Shown in pieces: positions 12,787-24,340 of a DNA stretch of 64,000 nucleotides (within the stretch, counting starts at the first letter, position 1; each line of letters starts with the position of its first letter). Origin of the DNA: Camelus dromedarius (lineage: Eukaryota); contig NC_087436.1 in assembly GCF_036321535.1 (NCBI RefSeq), positions 77,874,001 to 77,938,000 on the forward strand, in the 5' to 3' direction. Below the pieces are notes generated by a model. It was given only the letters and a program-made list of their open reading frames with translations, did not search any database and was not told the DNA's origin. The translations under genes were made by a program, and so were the position numbers.

Positions 12787-15700
12787 ACAAAATTGATAAA
12801 CCTTTAGCCAAACTCATCAAGAGAAAAAGGGAGAGGGCCTAAATCAATAAAATCAAAAATGAAAAAGGAGAAGTTACAACCAATACCACAAAAATAAGAG
12901 ACTACTATAAGCAACTATTCACCAATAAAATGAACAACCTGGAAGAAATGGGCAAATTCTTAGAAAGGTACAATCCCTCAAGACTGAACAAGGAGGAAAT
13001 AGAAAATAGAAACAGACCAATTACCATCACTGAAATTAAATCAGTAATTTAAAAACTCCCAGCATACAAAAGTCCAGGACCAGATGGCATCACAGGTGAA
13101 TTCTACCAAACATTTAGAGGAGAGTTAACACCTATCCTTCTGAAATTATTCCAAAAATTGCAGAGGAAGGAGGACATCCAAAGTCATTCTGCAAGGCCAC
13201 CATCACTCTGATACCAAAACCAGATAAATATATCACACACACAAAAAAGAAAATTACAGGCCAATATCACTGATGAACATAGGTGCAAAAACTCTCAACA
13301 AAATACTGGCAAACTGACTCCAACAATACATTAAAGGGTCATACACCATGCTCAAGTGGGATTTATCCCAGGGACACAAGGATTTTTCAATATCCATAAA
13401 TCAATCAATGTGATATACCACATTAACAAATTGAAGAACAAAAACCATGTGATAATCCCAATAGATGCAGAAAAGCTTTTGATAAAATTCAACATCCTTT
13501 TAGGATAAAAACTCTTCAGGGAGTGGGCATAGAACACACTTCAACATAATAAATGCTGTATATGACAAACCCATAGCTAACATCATACTTAATGGTGAAA
13601 AGCTGAAAGTGTTCCCTCTATGATCAGGAACAAGACAAGGATGCCTACTCTCACCACTTTTATTCAACATAATTTTTGAAGTCCTAGCCATGGCAATCAG
13701 TGAAGAAAAGGAAATAAAAGGACTCCAAATTGGAAAAGAAGAAGTAAAACTGTCACTGTTTGCAGATGACATGATACTATACATAGAAAATCCTAAAGAT
13801 GCCACCAGAAAACTAATAGGGCTGATTGATGAATTTGGTGAAGTTGCTGGATACAAAATTAATATATAGAAGTCTGTGGAATTTCTATACAGTAACAACA
13901 AAATATCAGAAACAGAAATTTAGGAAACAATCCCATTTATTTTTGTATCAAAAAGAATAAAATGCCTAAGAATAAACCTACCTAAGAAGGCAAAAGACCT
14001 ATACACCAAAAGCTATAAGACACTGATGTAAGAAACTGAAGACAACACGAACAGATGGAAAGATATACCATGTTCTTGGATTGGAAGACTCAATATTGTT
14101 AAAATGACCATACTACACAAGGCAGTGTACAGATTCCCTATCAAATTGTCAATGACATTTTTCACAGAACTGAACAAAAAAAATTAAAATTTTACAGAAA
14201 CACCAAAGACCCCAAATAACCAAAACAATCTTGAGAAAGAAGAACAGAGCTAGAGGAATCAGGCTCCCTGGCTTCAGACTATACTACAAAGCTACAGTAA
14301 TCAAAACAGTATGGTACTGGCACAAAAAGAGTCACATGGATCAATGGAACAAGAAAGAAAGTCCAAAAGTAAGCCCACACACTTTTTTTTTTTTATTTTA
14401 CCATGAAGATATATCTTTAAAGTTTATTATTTTTAAATTGGGAAACTAGTATATGAACATATTCTTGTTGCCAAAAAACCCACACACTTATGGTCAATTA
14501 ATCTAAGACAAAAGAGGCAAAAAATATACAATGGAGAAAAGACAGTCTCTTCAATAAGTGGTGGTGGGAAAACTGGATATCTGCATGTCAAAGAATGAAG
14601 TTAGTACATTTTCTAACACCATATACAAAAGTAAACTCAATATTTTTTTGGATCCATCTCCTACAGTAATGAAAAGAAAAGCAAAAATAAACAAATGAGA
14701 CTTAAATAAATTTAAAAGCTTTTGCACAGCAAAGGAAACCATAAACAAAACAAAAAGACAACCTAATGGGAGAAAATAATGGCAAACAATGCTACTAACA
14801 GGGATTAATTTCCAAAACACACAAATAGCTCATACAGTTCAGTATCAAAAAAACAAACAACCCAATCCAAAAATGGGCAGAAGACCTAAATAGACATTTC
14901 TCCAAAGAAGACATACAAATGGCCAAAAGGCATATGAAAAGATGCTCAATATCACTAATTATCAGAGAAATGCAAATAAAAACTACAATGAGGTATCACC
15001 TCATACCAGTCAGAATGGCCATCATTCCAAAGTCCATGAACGATAAATGATAGAGAGGGTGTGGAGAAAAGGGAACCCTCCTACACTGCTGATGGGAATG
15101 TAGTTTGGTATAGCCGTTACAGAAAACAGTATGGAGATTCCTCAAAAAGCTAAAAATAGACTTACCATGTGATCCAGTAATCCCACTTCTGAGTATATAT
15201 CCAGAGCGAACACTAATTCAAAAAGATACATTCACCCCAATGTTCATAGCAGCACTATTTACAATAGCCAAGACATGGAAACAATCTAAATGTCCATCAA
15301 CAGATGACTGGATAAAGAAGCTGTGGTGTACTTATACAATGGAATACTACTCAGTCATAAAAAAGAGTAAAATAATGCCATTTGCAGCAACATGGATGGA
15401 CCTAGAAATCATCCTTCTAAATGAAGTAAGCCAGAAAGAAAAATAACATATGATATCACTCATGTGTGGAATCTACAAAAAAAGAAAAGAAAAGAAAGGA
15501 CACTAATGAACTCATCTACAAAACAGAAACAGATTTGCAGACATAGTGAACAATCTTATGGTTACTGGGGAAAGGTGGTGGGAAGGGATAAATTTAGGTG
15601 TTTGAGATTTGCAAATGTTAGCCACTATATATAAAAATAGATTTTTTAAAAAGCTTCTTCTGTATAGCAAAAAACAAAAACAAACAAACAAACAAAAAAA
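12787..15700 (+). mobile_element. 5'-truncated, decayed LINE-1: ORF2 RT and C-terminal region plus 3' UTR
   Basis: Encodes recognisable ORF2 pieces ([64 protein letters not shown]) broken by stops and frameshifts. A-rich tail at 15669-15700. Confidence 0.97.
14385..14475 (-). pseudogene. ~90 nt retroposed polyadenylated RNA 3' end nested in the L1
   Basis: Interrupts L1 ORF2. T-run on the plus strand (poly(A) on minus), minus-strand AATAAA at 14423-14428, and TSD aa(g/a)cccacacactt at 14371-14384 and 14476-14489. Confidence 0.75.
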
Positions 15701-18700
15701 CCAGCACAGATTTCCTGTTAAGACCTCAGCAGGAATATTTAGGGAAATTAATATAGTAAAATATAATAAATTTCCAACAATACATATGTAAGAAAAAAAC
15801 CAACACAGACCTTCTTGGGAGAAAGAGACTCTATTAATTCTCTCAACTCCTTACTAATTGTAAAAGTGGTCTGCTTTATAAAACAAAAGCTAACAAATCA
15901 GATATATGCCACCTTCATCTTTCTCAGATAATCACCACAAAAGTTCCACAGTGGGATCTTCTAAATGGTGCATTTTCCCTGGTGCATTTTAAATTATTAT
16001 TTTGTAAGAATTATCTTGAGAAACACACACCATTTTCTTAAAAACCTACCCTCTAGCAGTCCAAGAGGAGGGACCCACCCATTCGGGAACCAAGGAACCC
16101 CTACAATTTCTGAAGTCATAACAAGTCAGACCACCAGTGCACAGGGATGCACTGAGTGCCCGCTCACTGGACACCACCCCTCCTCAGTGTTCTGGGTACA
16201 GCAAGAAGGCTGAGAGGCAGTGTTTCTAAGTTTCATGGACTACATTACCAACAGAACATTTAACTTCTCAGTTTTGGGTTGCTTCACCGCATTTAGTCTT
16301 TCTTCCAAGAACAGTGATGGATACTTTTCAAAACTAAACCAGTCTGCCAATAAAGTATTTCTGTTTTGTTTTAGTTTTGCCCAGAACAAAATGATAGTTT
16401 TCCCCCAAGGTAAATTAAACTCACCATTTCTAATAAGGCAGAAAATACTTTAAATAATTTTAAATGACATTTTTCTTGGTTTCTCCTCAATTAGAGTTTC
16501 AGGGGAGGAACAGGGTCAGGTTCAAGTCTCTTACAGGCTCTCCTGTCATCATACCTCCAGAGAGACAGCATAAGGGAAATTGAAATGAGACAAGTTAGGT
16601 GGCAAAGGGCCCTTGTTAGAAATAATTTTTGAAATTTTGAATTTAGTATGGAAAAACTACTAAACAAACACTAGAGGACACTGGCCACTCGTCTTTGAAA
16701 AGTCCCCCTCCAGGGGCCTGGCTGGGAGAGTCAAGAAGGCACGAAGCACCACCAGGGCTCGCCTGTCCTGGAACCAGTTCAAGGTGCTCACCCGGCCAGG
16801 TTTTGTGAAGCCAGCTCCAAGCTGCCTCCCCCAGGTCCTGTTCCCAGGAAGAAAGTCACAGAGAGATGCACTGAACACAGGACGACGCCTCTGCCCGGCC
16901 AGCTGGGCCCCACTGGAAGGGGCTAGATCACAGTTTTAACTGAAATTCCAGAACCTCTTTTTCTGTACTATTATGCCCCAACCATAATTTTTACCTGTTC
17001 TACTGAATAAAGAAAGCAATTTAAAGCCAAACATTAACTGAACTGTCATTGCCATTCCAGGCTGCGCCTTTCCTCCCGTGCACTTTAGGCTATTCTCCTT
17101 CCTGTTAAAGAATTGTTGTCCCCAACATCACACCCTCAGGGAAGTCCTGGCTTGCTCTCTAGGGGACATGGGGCAGAGTCAGCCCCCATTAAGCCTGCTC
17201 TGGCGACAGGCGACTCTACTGTACACTCGGTTGGCCAGAAGTAGGGGAAAGCTGTTTCCACTTTGGCTGCTGAGTGGACTCAGCCTGGAAGAATGTGGTG
17301 CAGGCTGGGGCCCCTACCGCGCCCCCCACCCCACACCCACACAGCCCAGATCCCATTCCTGCGGTGTGGGGACCCTTGGCAAGGCTTACAGCTGGGACAA
17401 GTGCTTCTTAATCCCCGTGTGCTGGCTGCAGGTGTTCCAAGCCCAGCTGCCTTCTGGGGCTCCAGAACTTGGCGGGTCTGATCCCAGGAACCAGTGCCTA
17501 AAAATCAAACGAATCCGCCTTGGGTCTGGCGGTGACAGTGGTCACTGGGCTGCGCATCTGGCACGTAAGCCTCTCCGTTGAGTTACAAGCTGCCTGTGTC
17601 TGTAACACAGTTGTAACTCGGTTTGTTTTTATTGGGCCAGATCCTTATTCTCTGAACACAGTAATAACTCTCTCACAGAGCTTCAGTGGATAAGAATCTG
17701 GAATCTGGCTTGGGGGTTAACCTTTATTGAGCGTGAGTGGTTGGTTGCGCACAGAATGCGCAGTGGGACCTCTGAAATGCTTCCTTCCCACGTCTGGGGG
17801 ACGGTGTTCTCTTAACCCTGGGTAGCGTTGGCAGGACCGGCTCAGATCAGCACTGGTTCCTAGTGGAGCTGGCCACGTCACTGCGCCCCGGGGAGGCTGA
17901 ATTGTGAACGGTGGGCAAATGTGGGCGGGTAGAGTCAGGGCATTGCACCAGTGCCGGGTCCTCACCGCTGGTGGAAGGCCTACAGCTCCCTGACTGTCTC
18001 TGATACCAGTGTTTGCTGTCCATCTGCAGCACAGACTTACCCGTTAATGTCAGAGTCTCTTCATAGACATCTGTGTGGCTTTTAATTCAGAATTATGAGA
18101 GGTTCCAGCTGTAGCTATGGTAACGACACTGCCAATAACAAAGATTCAAACACAACCCTAAGTAATTTTTGCATTTGCTCTTTTCCCATAGCTCTGTTCT
18201 TTCTCTATTATGCAGAATCTAAGACCAGTCCTTGAGCCGTAGTTACTGTATCAGGTCTACACCACAAGCCCTTTGGGGACAGAAGCCATATTCCCATCAT
18301 TTTTGTAGCAAACATGGAACCATAAGAAGATCACAGCCTTTGGTATCAAATCAATTTGTGTTTGAATGCCAGAGCTTCTGAGGTTGGTGGCCTTGTACGA
18401 TTTAATTAGCTTCTCCATACCTCAGTTTACTTATGTGTAAAATGGGAATAACATCCTCATAATAAAGCTCTTGGTTCTTTTCTTCCCTTTGCATCTCCTC
18501 CCCCACCCCAGTGTCTACTGCAGTGTTTTACATGCCTGTCATAGATTTTTGAAACATTTGAACTGCATTTCTTAAAATAAGCAGTAAGTATTTTCCAAAA
18601 AGGGAGAAATGCTTTATTTGACAATTCTCCATATGAAGGCATGAAAGAGAGAACTTGAGAAACCCAGTGAACCATCCAAGGCCAGAAAACATGTTGGTGG

Positions 18701-21093
18701 CAGGTCCCAGGATAAAATCGACTCCTGAATCTCAGATAAGCTCTTCAAGTTCATCTAAAGCCTTCCCTAGATGTACGATATCACAGTGAGCAACAGTCCA
18801 TCAGGAAACAGAACAGGGGAGACAGATGCAGGGCTTCTGCAAATCTTCTCAGAGCTCCTGCAATTCCTGGACACAACACACACCAGCCTCGGGGCCTCAG
18901 TCAAAGGCACCAGAACAGAGACAGGCTCCATATGGTGCCTGAAAGGTACACTTTATTCACTAGAAGGATGCCATCCACCATGATCTACATGCAAAGGGAA
19001 GGGAGCTGAGTCAGATAAGAAGCAGCCACAGTCCAGGTAATTCTCCATCCCCCTGACTCCTCCATACATTGGCCTTCCATGTTCATACCACACTGGAAAA
19101 CAGAGAGAGGGAAACAAGACGTGCTCCAGACTAACACCACAAACGGTATTTCTGCAGGCATATCACAGGGACCACTGCCAAAGGATTCCCCCGCGGGCTC
19201 CCCTCCCAGTCCAGGCGGCCGAGGAGGCAGGGAGACTCCAGCCTGGGGGTGATGCGCCCACTGCTGCCTCGTTGTGACCTCACACAAGATTAGCCCGTCC
19301 TTTGTTACCCTTGAAGCAGTCAGTACAGACTAGCGCAGGCAGGGCTAGCGTTCCGGCCTCACGCATTAACTTGGCTGCCCTCAGCCGTCTCCAGTCTTCA
19401 GGTGTAAATCCACTGGGCTAACTGATTTCTGTCAATGTGTGAGGTGTCACCAGGGTGGAGGATGAAATGAAGAAATGGGTATGAATATGAAAGCTTAGAG
19501 GTAAGAGCCACTATCTGCTAAGGATCAGCTGGATATTCTGATTAAACATCTCTGAGGTGGGGTGCTCATGTCCAGCGGGGAAATACGTTTCCGTTCATCA
19601 CGCCCAGCAGGATCACACACCACTTAGGACAAGTCCATTGAACAAAGCATGGGCCACCGAAGACCACACTGTGGGCACAGTTGGCATCTGCAGGGCCTTG
19701 TGGGTTTCTTCACAAACAACAGGTGCCCCCTCGCCACTGTGAGACCGACCTCCCCGCTTCACATCGCAGAGCTGAGTGGGAACGCTGATCCTGCAGAACT
19801 TGACAAACGCACTTTTGCCGTTAGGAGGGGGATCCTCAGTACCACTCCATCTTTCCCAGGCGTCTTTCCCCCTCATCTCCTGCTTCCCTCCCAGACTTGC
19901 AAGACAGAAAGGGTGACATGTAGGAACATTAGCATAACTTACCACTAAATTAAATATCCATAAAATGAGTCCATACAGTGGAACATCCAATCATGTGAGC
20001 CTTGAAAAGCTTAACTCAGAGAGTGGGATATTGAACATTAAAGAATCACATGCTGTGTCCCTAAAGAAGCCTGCTGCCACTTATGTAACCCCAGGTCTGA
20101 GTGTCTGAGAGCATCCGGAAGGTGGGGAGGCACCGACGGAGTCGATGCATCTGCCCCTGTTTTCTCCGTACCTCCAGTTTGACCATTTCACTCTTGTTGT
20201 TTGTTTTAAGAGGCAAGACAATTGGGATAAAACTGGCCTCTAGAACACTTACATGTGTCAGGTTGTTCCTTTTCCTGTTAAGAAAACACGAGAAAGGAGA
20301 TGCTAATGGACCAGGGGTAGCCCTGGGCAATCTGTCCGACTTAGTGCCTTTACTCCGCGGGGCTCAGAAAAGCTGGCCGGGGGACAGCTTCATCTCCACG
20401 AGCCTCTCTTTGCCTGTAGCTCTTTATGAGGGTGGAGGGGGAAACAGAGCAGAGATGACAGGAGAGAGAAAGGTCAAGAGAGAGATCACAAGAAACCCAG
20501 GAGAAATCAAAGGTATTTATTATAGCGAGGGAGGGCCCATAGCAGGGTGAGTACGGAAGGCATAGGGAGGGAAAGGGGGAAGAAGAGGAGGGAGAGGCCA
20601 GGAGTTGAATACCCAGACGCTAGAGGCCGCAGCAGATGACGGGGGAGTGACGACGGCGAGGGGCAGGGGGTGTGGAGGGAACCCGGTGAACCTGAGTACA
20701 ACGCCTGCCCGTCTGCTCAGCTCCAGCCTCCCTTGATCAAGAGAGCACGTGGCTTGGTATTGCCGCATCTCCTGATGTTTTCCCAAGCAGTCCAGAATCC
20801 ATACTTTCACGTGAATTATTCCAGTTCTGAAATATTGGCAAAACCCTGTTCATCATAAAAATATCTGCAAGAGCATATTGGACCCAAGGGCCACCGCTGT
20901 GTGACAGGGGTGTAAGCACAGAGCAGGTGAGGAAAGGGCCAGACACCCCCAGATAGGAATGGTTGATTTTCACAAAACGGAGAGTGACTGAAGAACAAGA
21001 GTAAGGAGAGAGAACTGGCAAAGAAGCAAGCAGGACGCCGATGATCAGCGCCGGGCGGTGGGGTCTGTGGTGTGCGCCCTGGAGTCTGGAGTG

Positions 21094-21590
21094 CAGGTGC
21101 GGCTCGTTTTATAGTGATTGGCTGTTTGCCCTTCGGAGATGTTGCATCTCTTACAAATCGAAGGCTTGTGCAACCCGGCATGGAGCAAGTCAATGGGCAC
21201 CATCTTTCCAACAGCATTTGCTCACTTCATATCTCTGTCACATTTTGCTAATTCTTGCAATATCTCAAACTTTTTCATTATTATTATATTTTTATAGTGA
21301 TAGTAGTCAGTGATCTTTAAGGGTGCTATCAAAAAGATTACAACTTGCTGAAAGGCTCAGATGATGGTTACCATTTTTTCAGCAATAAAGTATTTTTTAA
21401 TTAAGGTGTTCTTAATACGTGGGTTATTTTAGACATAATGCCCATTGCACACTTACTAGCTAACAGTATAGTGTAACATAATTTTATACGCTCTGGGAAA
21501 GCAGAACATTCAGGTAACTTGCTTTATTGCCACATTCGCTTTATTGTGGTGGTCTGGACCCAACCCCACGCTATCTCTGAGGTGTGTCTG
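21094..21590 (+). mobile_element. Tigger1-derived internally deleted DNA transposon (TcMar-Tigger MITE)
   Basis: Starts caggtgcggctcgttttatagtg and ends tatctctgaggtgtgtctg. Both Tigger1 ends are recognisable and joined without transposase sequence. Confidence 0.85.
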
Positions 21591-24070
21591 GGCTTATTTG
21601 AATGCCAGGTTTTGCTGGGCAAGTTTCTTGACCTCTGTGGGCTTCCATGTACCCGTCTGTGACCAGGGGAATGGCTCTGAGCTTGCATGGTTGTCAAGAT
21701 AATTATAGGAGCTACTCTATGCGGACGTATAGATGATGGCGTATAGACGATGCTCCATAGAAATTGGTTAATTTTCTTCTTTTTCTTCCAGCAGAAGGAA
21801 TAGTTGGGGCCCAAGAAGATAACTCAGTGGTCTGAAGGACCAAATTCTGATACTTTGGGAAGCTAGTTAGCTGACCATTGAGAATTAAAACTCCTTTTGC
21901 AAACTCTAGGGAATACATGGACTTTTTCCTCAGGAAAAAAAAAACACACAGCAAAACACATACAAACACACATCACATACAGTTTACATTCCATTTCAGG
22001 AGATCACAGGTCCTCTGGAACCCATCCACGAACTCCAGGTCAGGACCACTTGTTTACAATAATTCTATCCCAAAGCATCAGAGAGAGTGAGTGCCACGAT
22101 AATTGGCCCTCCTGTTGGTGAGGACGGAGTCAGGTCCAGACACAGACGATGGGAGAAGACCTGGGATGTGGGTGAGCCCTTGTGTACGCGTGTCACATGC
22201 TTCGCTCCTATCAGCTGAGTCTCGCCCTCTGCCCTCATCGTGGAAAAGGGATTGTTCACTGTCCATTGTCTGAACTGCCTGCCTGACAACCCGCCTCTGA
22301 TGGAAATGTTTCCATGGAGCTGGAAGACCCGTGGGCTGCAGAGGGATGGAACTGAGTGGGAGGCAAACCCCATTTATCGCTGATGGGAAGGAGATGCCCT
22401 CAGGAATGTGCCCTGCGGGACTCGTGAGTGACAGGTTGGCGGTGCACTGTGTGGGCACGTCCAGACATTTGGGAACATCTCTCAGAAGCAAAACAGGAAC
22501 CCCAAGGCAGTAATGGAGACCAGGTCCCCTCTCCCTAAAGGTAACATGTCCTAACAAAACACTGCGAGGTAATAGGTACTGCACGGCCAGACCATCCACC
22601 CGCCTTACCTATGCAAAGTGTAAACTTTGCAAGGTAATTTTCAGAGACCTTTTGGAAATTCCATTTAGACACAATCTTCACCTCTCAGTGATTCCTACAC
22701 TTGACACAGAAATGGCTTTATTATGTAATTGCTCTTAATTCTGCATTTACCTAAAACTCAAGGCTGAGGCCAAGTGTTTCCCAAGAAATATATTTGCAAA
22801 TAGGGCTGGTCCCTCTTAGGCTGAAGCATATGTGATTCTCTTCTTCTTCTGTTGAAAACTGAAGATGAGCACAGCTAAGAGTCTTACAGGGAGAAGGGTC
22901 TGTGGAAATGGAAGAAGCTGAGGCCAAGGAGATCCCAGACTAAGGCCAAGCCCTCCTCTCATAAGAAAGCTGCGGGCCTCCCTCTGGAGAGGGGAGCGTT
23001 TCCCCAGAAAATCCAGAGCCCCCAACATCTGCCAGATAGGGTTTGGGAATCTGTGCTCTGCTAAACTACCATACTATTAAAGAAGGCAGGAGGCACTTGG
23101 GACCTGCAGGAAGTAAGTAAAATCTTTTGGGAAATAAAGTCATATAGGAACTTCTTAGGTTTCCACTTCATTGGTTCCCATCTTTCGAAGTGTTTACTTT
23201 GGAAAATGGAAATCAATGGCCCCATTTCATGGTCTAAAATATGATTTCCTAAAAATCATTTTTCCAGTTTTATTATGTTTCTCCCTGCACCACCGTGAAA
23301 AACAGGAAGAAACGTAGATAAGCATGTCCTTAAGTAAATGTTCCATGTCCTTAAGTAAATATGATTGAGACAATGTCCTTGCTCTTTTTTCTAGGAAACC
23401 TGTGACTTGTGGGTCCTGGGGGCTCCCCTGCGCTGAGGATCTGCTTTGCAGGTGGGTAGCGGGGGGGACGAGAGTAAGTGACGACCAGCACAAGGTGACC
23501 TGAGGAGGAAGTGGCAATGGAGGCTTTAAACAGGAACTGGGTGAAATGAATCTGCAGTTCGACCGGGTCAAACTCAAAAGGCTAGAAATGGACAAAGAGA
23601 GGGATAGGAAAGATACAAGATCTAGAAAATTATGTTCAGTTATACAAATGCAGGCTTATTTTTGCCCCCTGCATTTTATGGACGGCTGCCTATAACTATA
23701 ACATAGCACGGCAGTGACATATGCTTTAGGGCAAATTCGTGTAAACAGGGAACTTTCTTCCTATTTAGGGGATAGAAAAAGGCAAGAAGCTCTTGCAAGA
23801 AAGGAGGCAAATAATGAGGCAAATTATGAAGATGTATTGTGTTCTTCATGTGTTATGATGTCTATTGTACAGATAAGGAAACCGAGGCTAACAAGTTAAT
23901 GTACCTAGAGTCACACGGAAGTGACCAAACTACAATTCACAAACATTGTACGTCCTCTCCTTACAAAGAGGAGAACAGAAATGTCAGATTCCTTCTGCCG
24001 GCTTCGCAGTTTTCCTCCTCACCACGTTACAGCTTTCCTTGCTCGCCCTCGGTGCCTCTTTTCACATCGC

Positions 24071-24086
24071 CCACAAGGTGGCAGCA
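24071..24086 (+). promoter_or_regulatory. Candidate CTCF site CCACAAGGTGGCAGCA
   Basis: One mismatch to the CCASYAGRKGGCRSY consensus, in non-repeat sequence. Confidence 0.55.
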
Positions 24087-24324
24087 TTTCTCCAATGATT
24101 CAATCGTCGGCAACTAAAGCTGGAGGAACGGGACAATCTAGCTTAGAAGTAGAAATCAGGTGACAACTAATGTAGAACATATAAAGAGAGGACAAACTCC
24201 AAAACTGGGATGGTGCTCTAATGACATGCGTTCAAACCTCTCTGTCAAACGTAGTATCATCCAGCCTCTCTATGGTTTAGAAAAAGTAAATCGTGTCCGA
24301 TTATTTTAGAGCTACCGTGTTCCA

Positions 24325-24340
24325 CCACTTGAGGGCAGTA
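24325..24340 (+). promoter_or_regulatory. Candidate CTCF site CCACTTGAGGGCAGTA
   Basis: One mismatch to consensus; same orientation as the site 254 bp away. Confidence 0.4.

Noticed and set aside
12787..15446. L1 ORF2 fragments as functional CDS (14231..14449, 15240..15446 and antisense ORFs)
   Set aside because: Multiple stops, frameshifts, a nested insertion and a deletion; no ORF1 or endonuclease domain.
20500..20720. G-rich, CpG-containing patch as a CpG-island promoter (similar patches at ~40270-40480 and ~52680-52760)
   Set aside because: Too short and too low in CpG density by eye, with no associated exon structure.
17078..22599. ORFs of 130-173 aa (17078..17581, 20101..20550, 20816..21217, 22078..22599)
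   Set aside because: GC-rich chance ORFs with no domain motifs, no consistent exon chain and mostly non-ATG starts.
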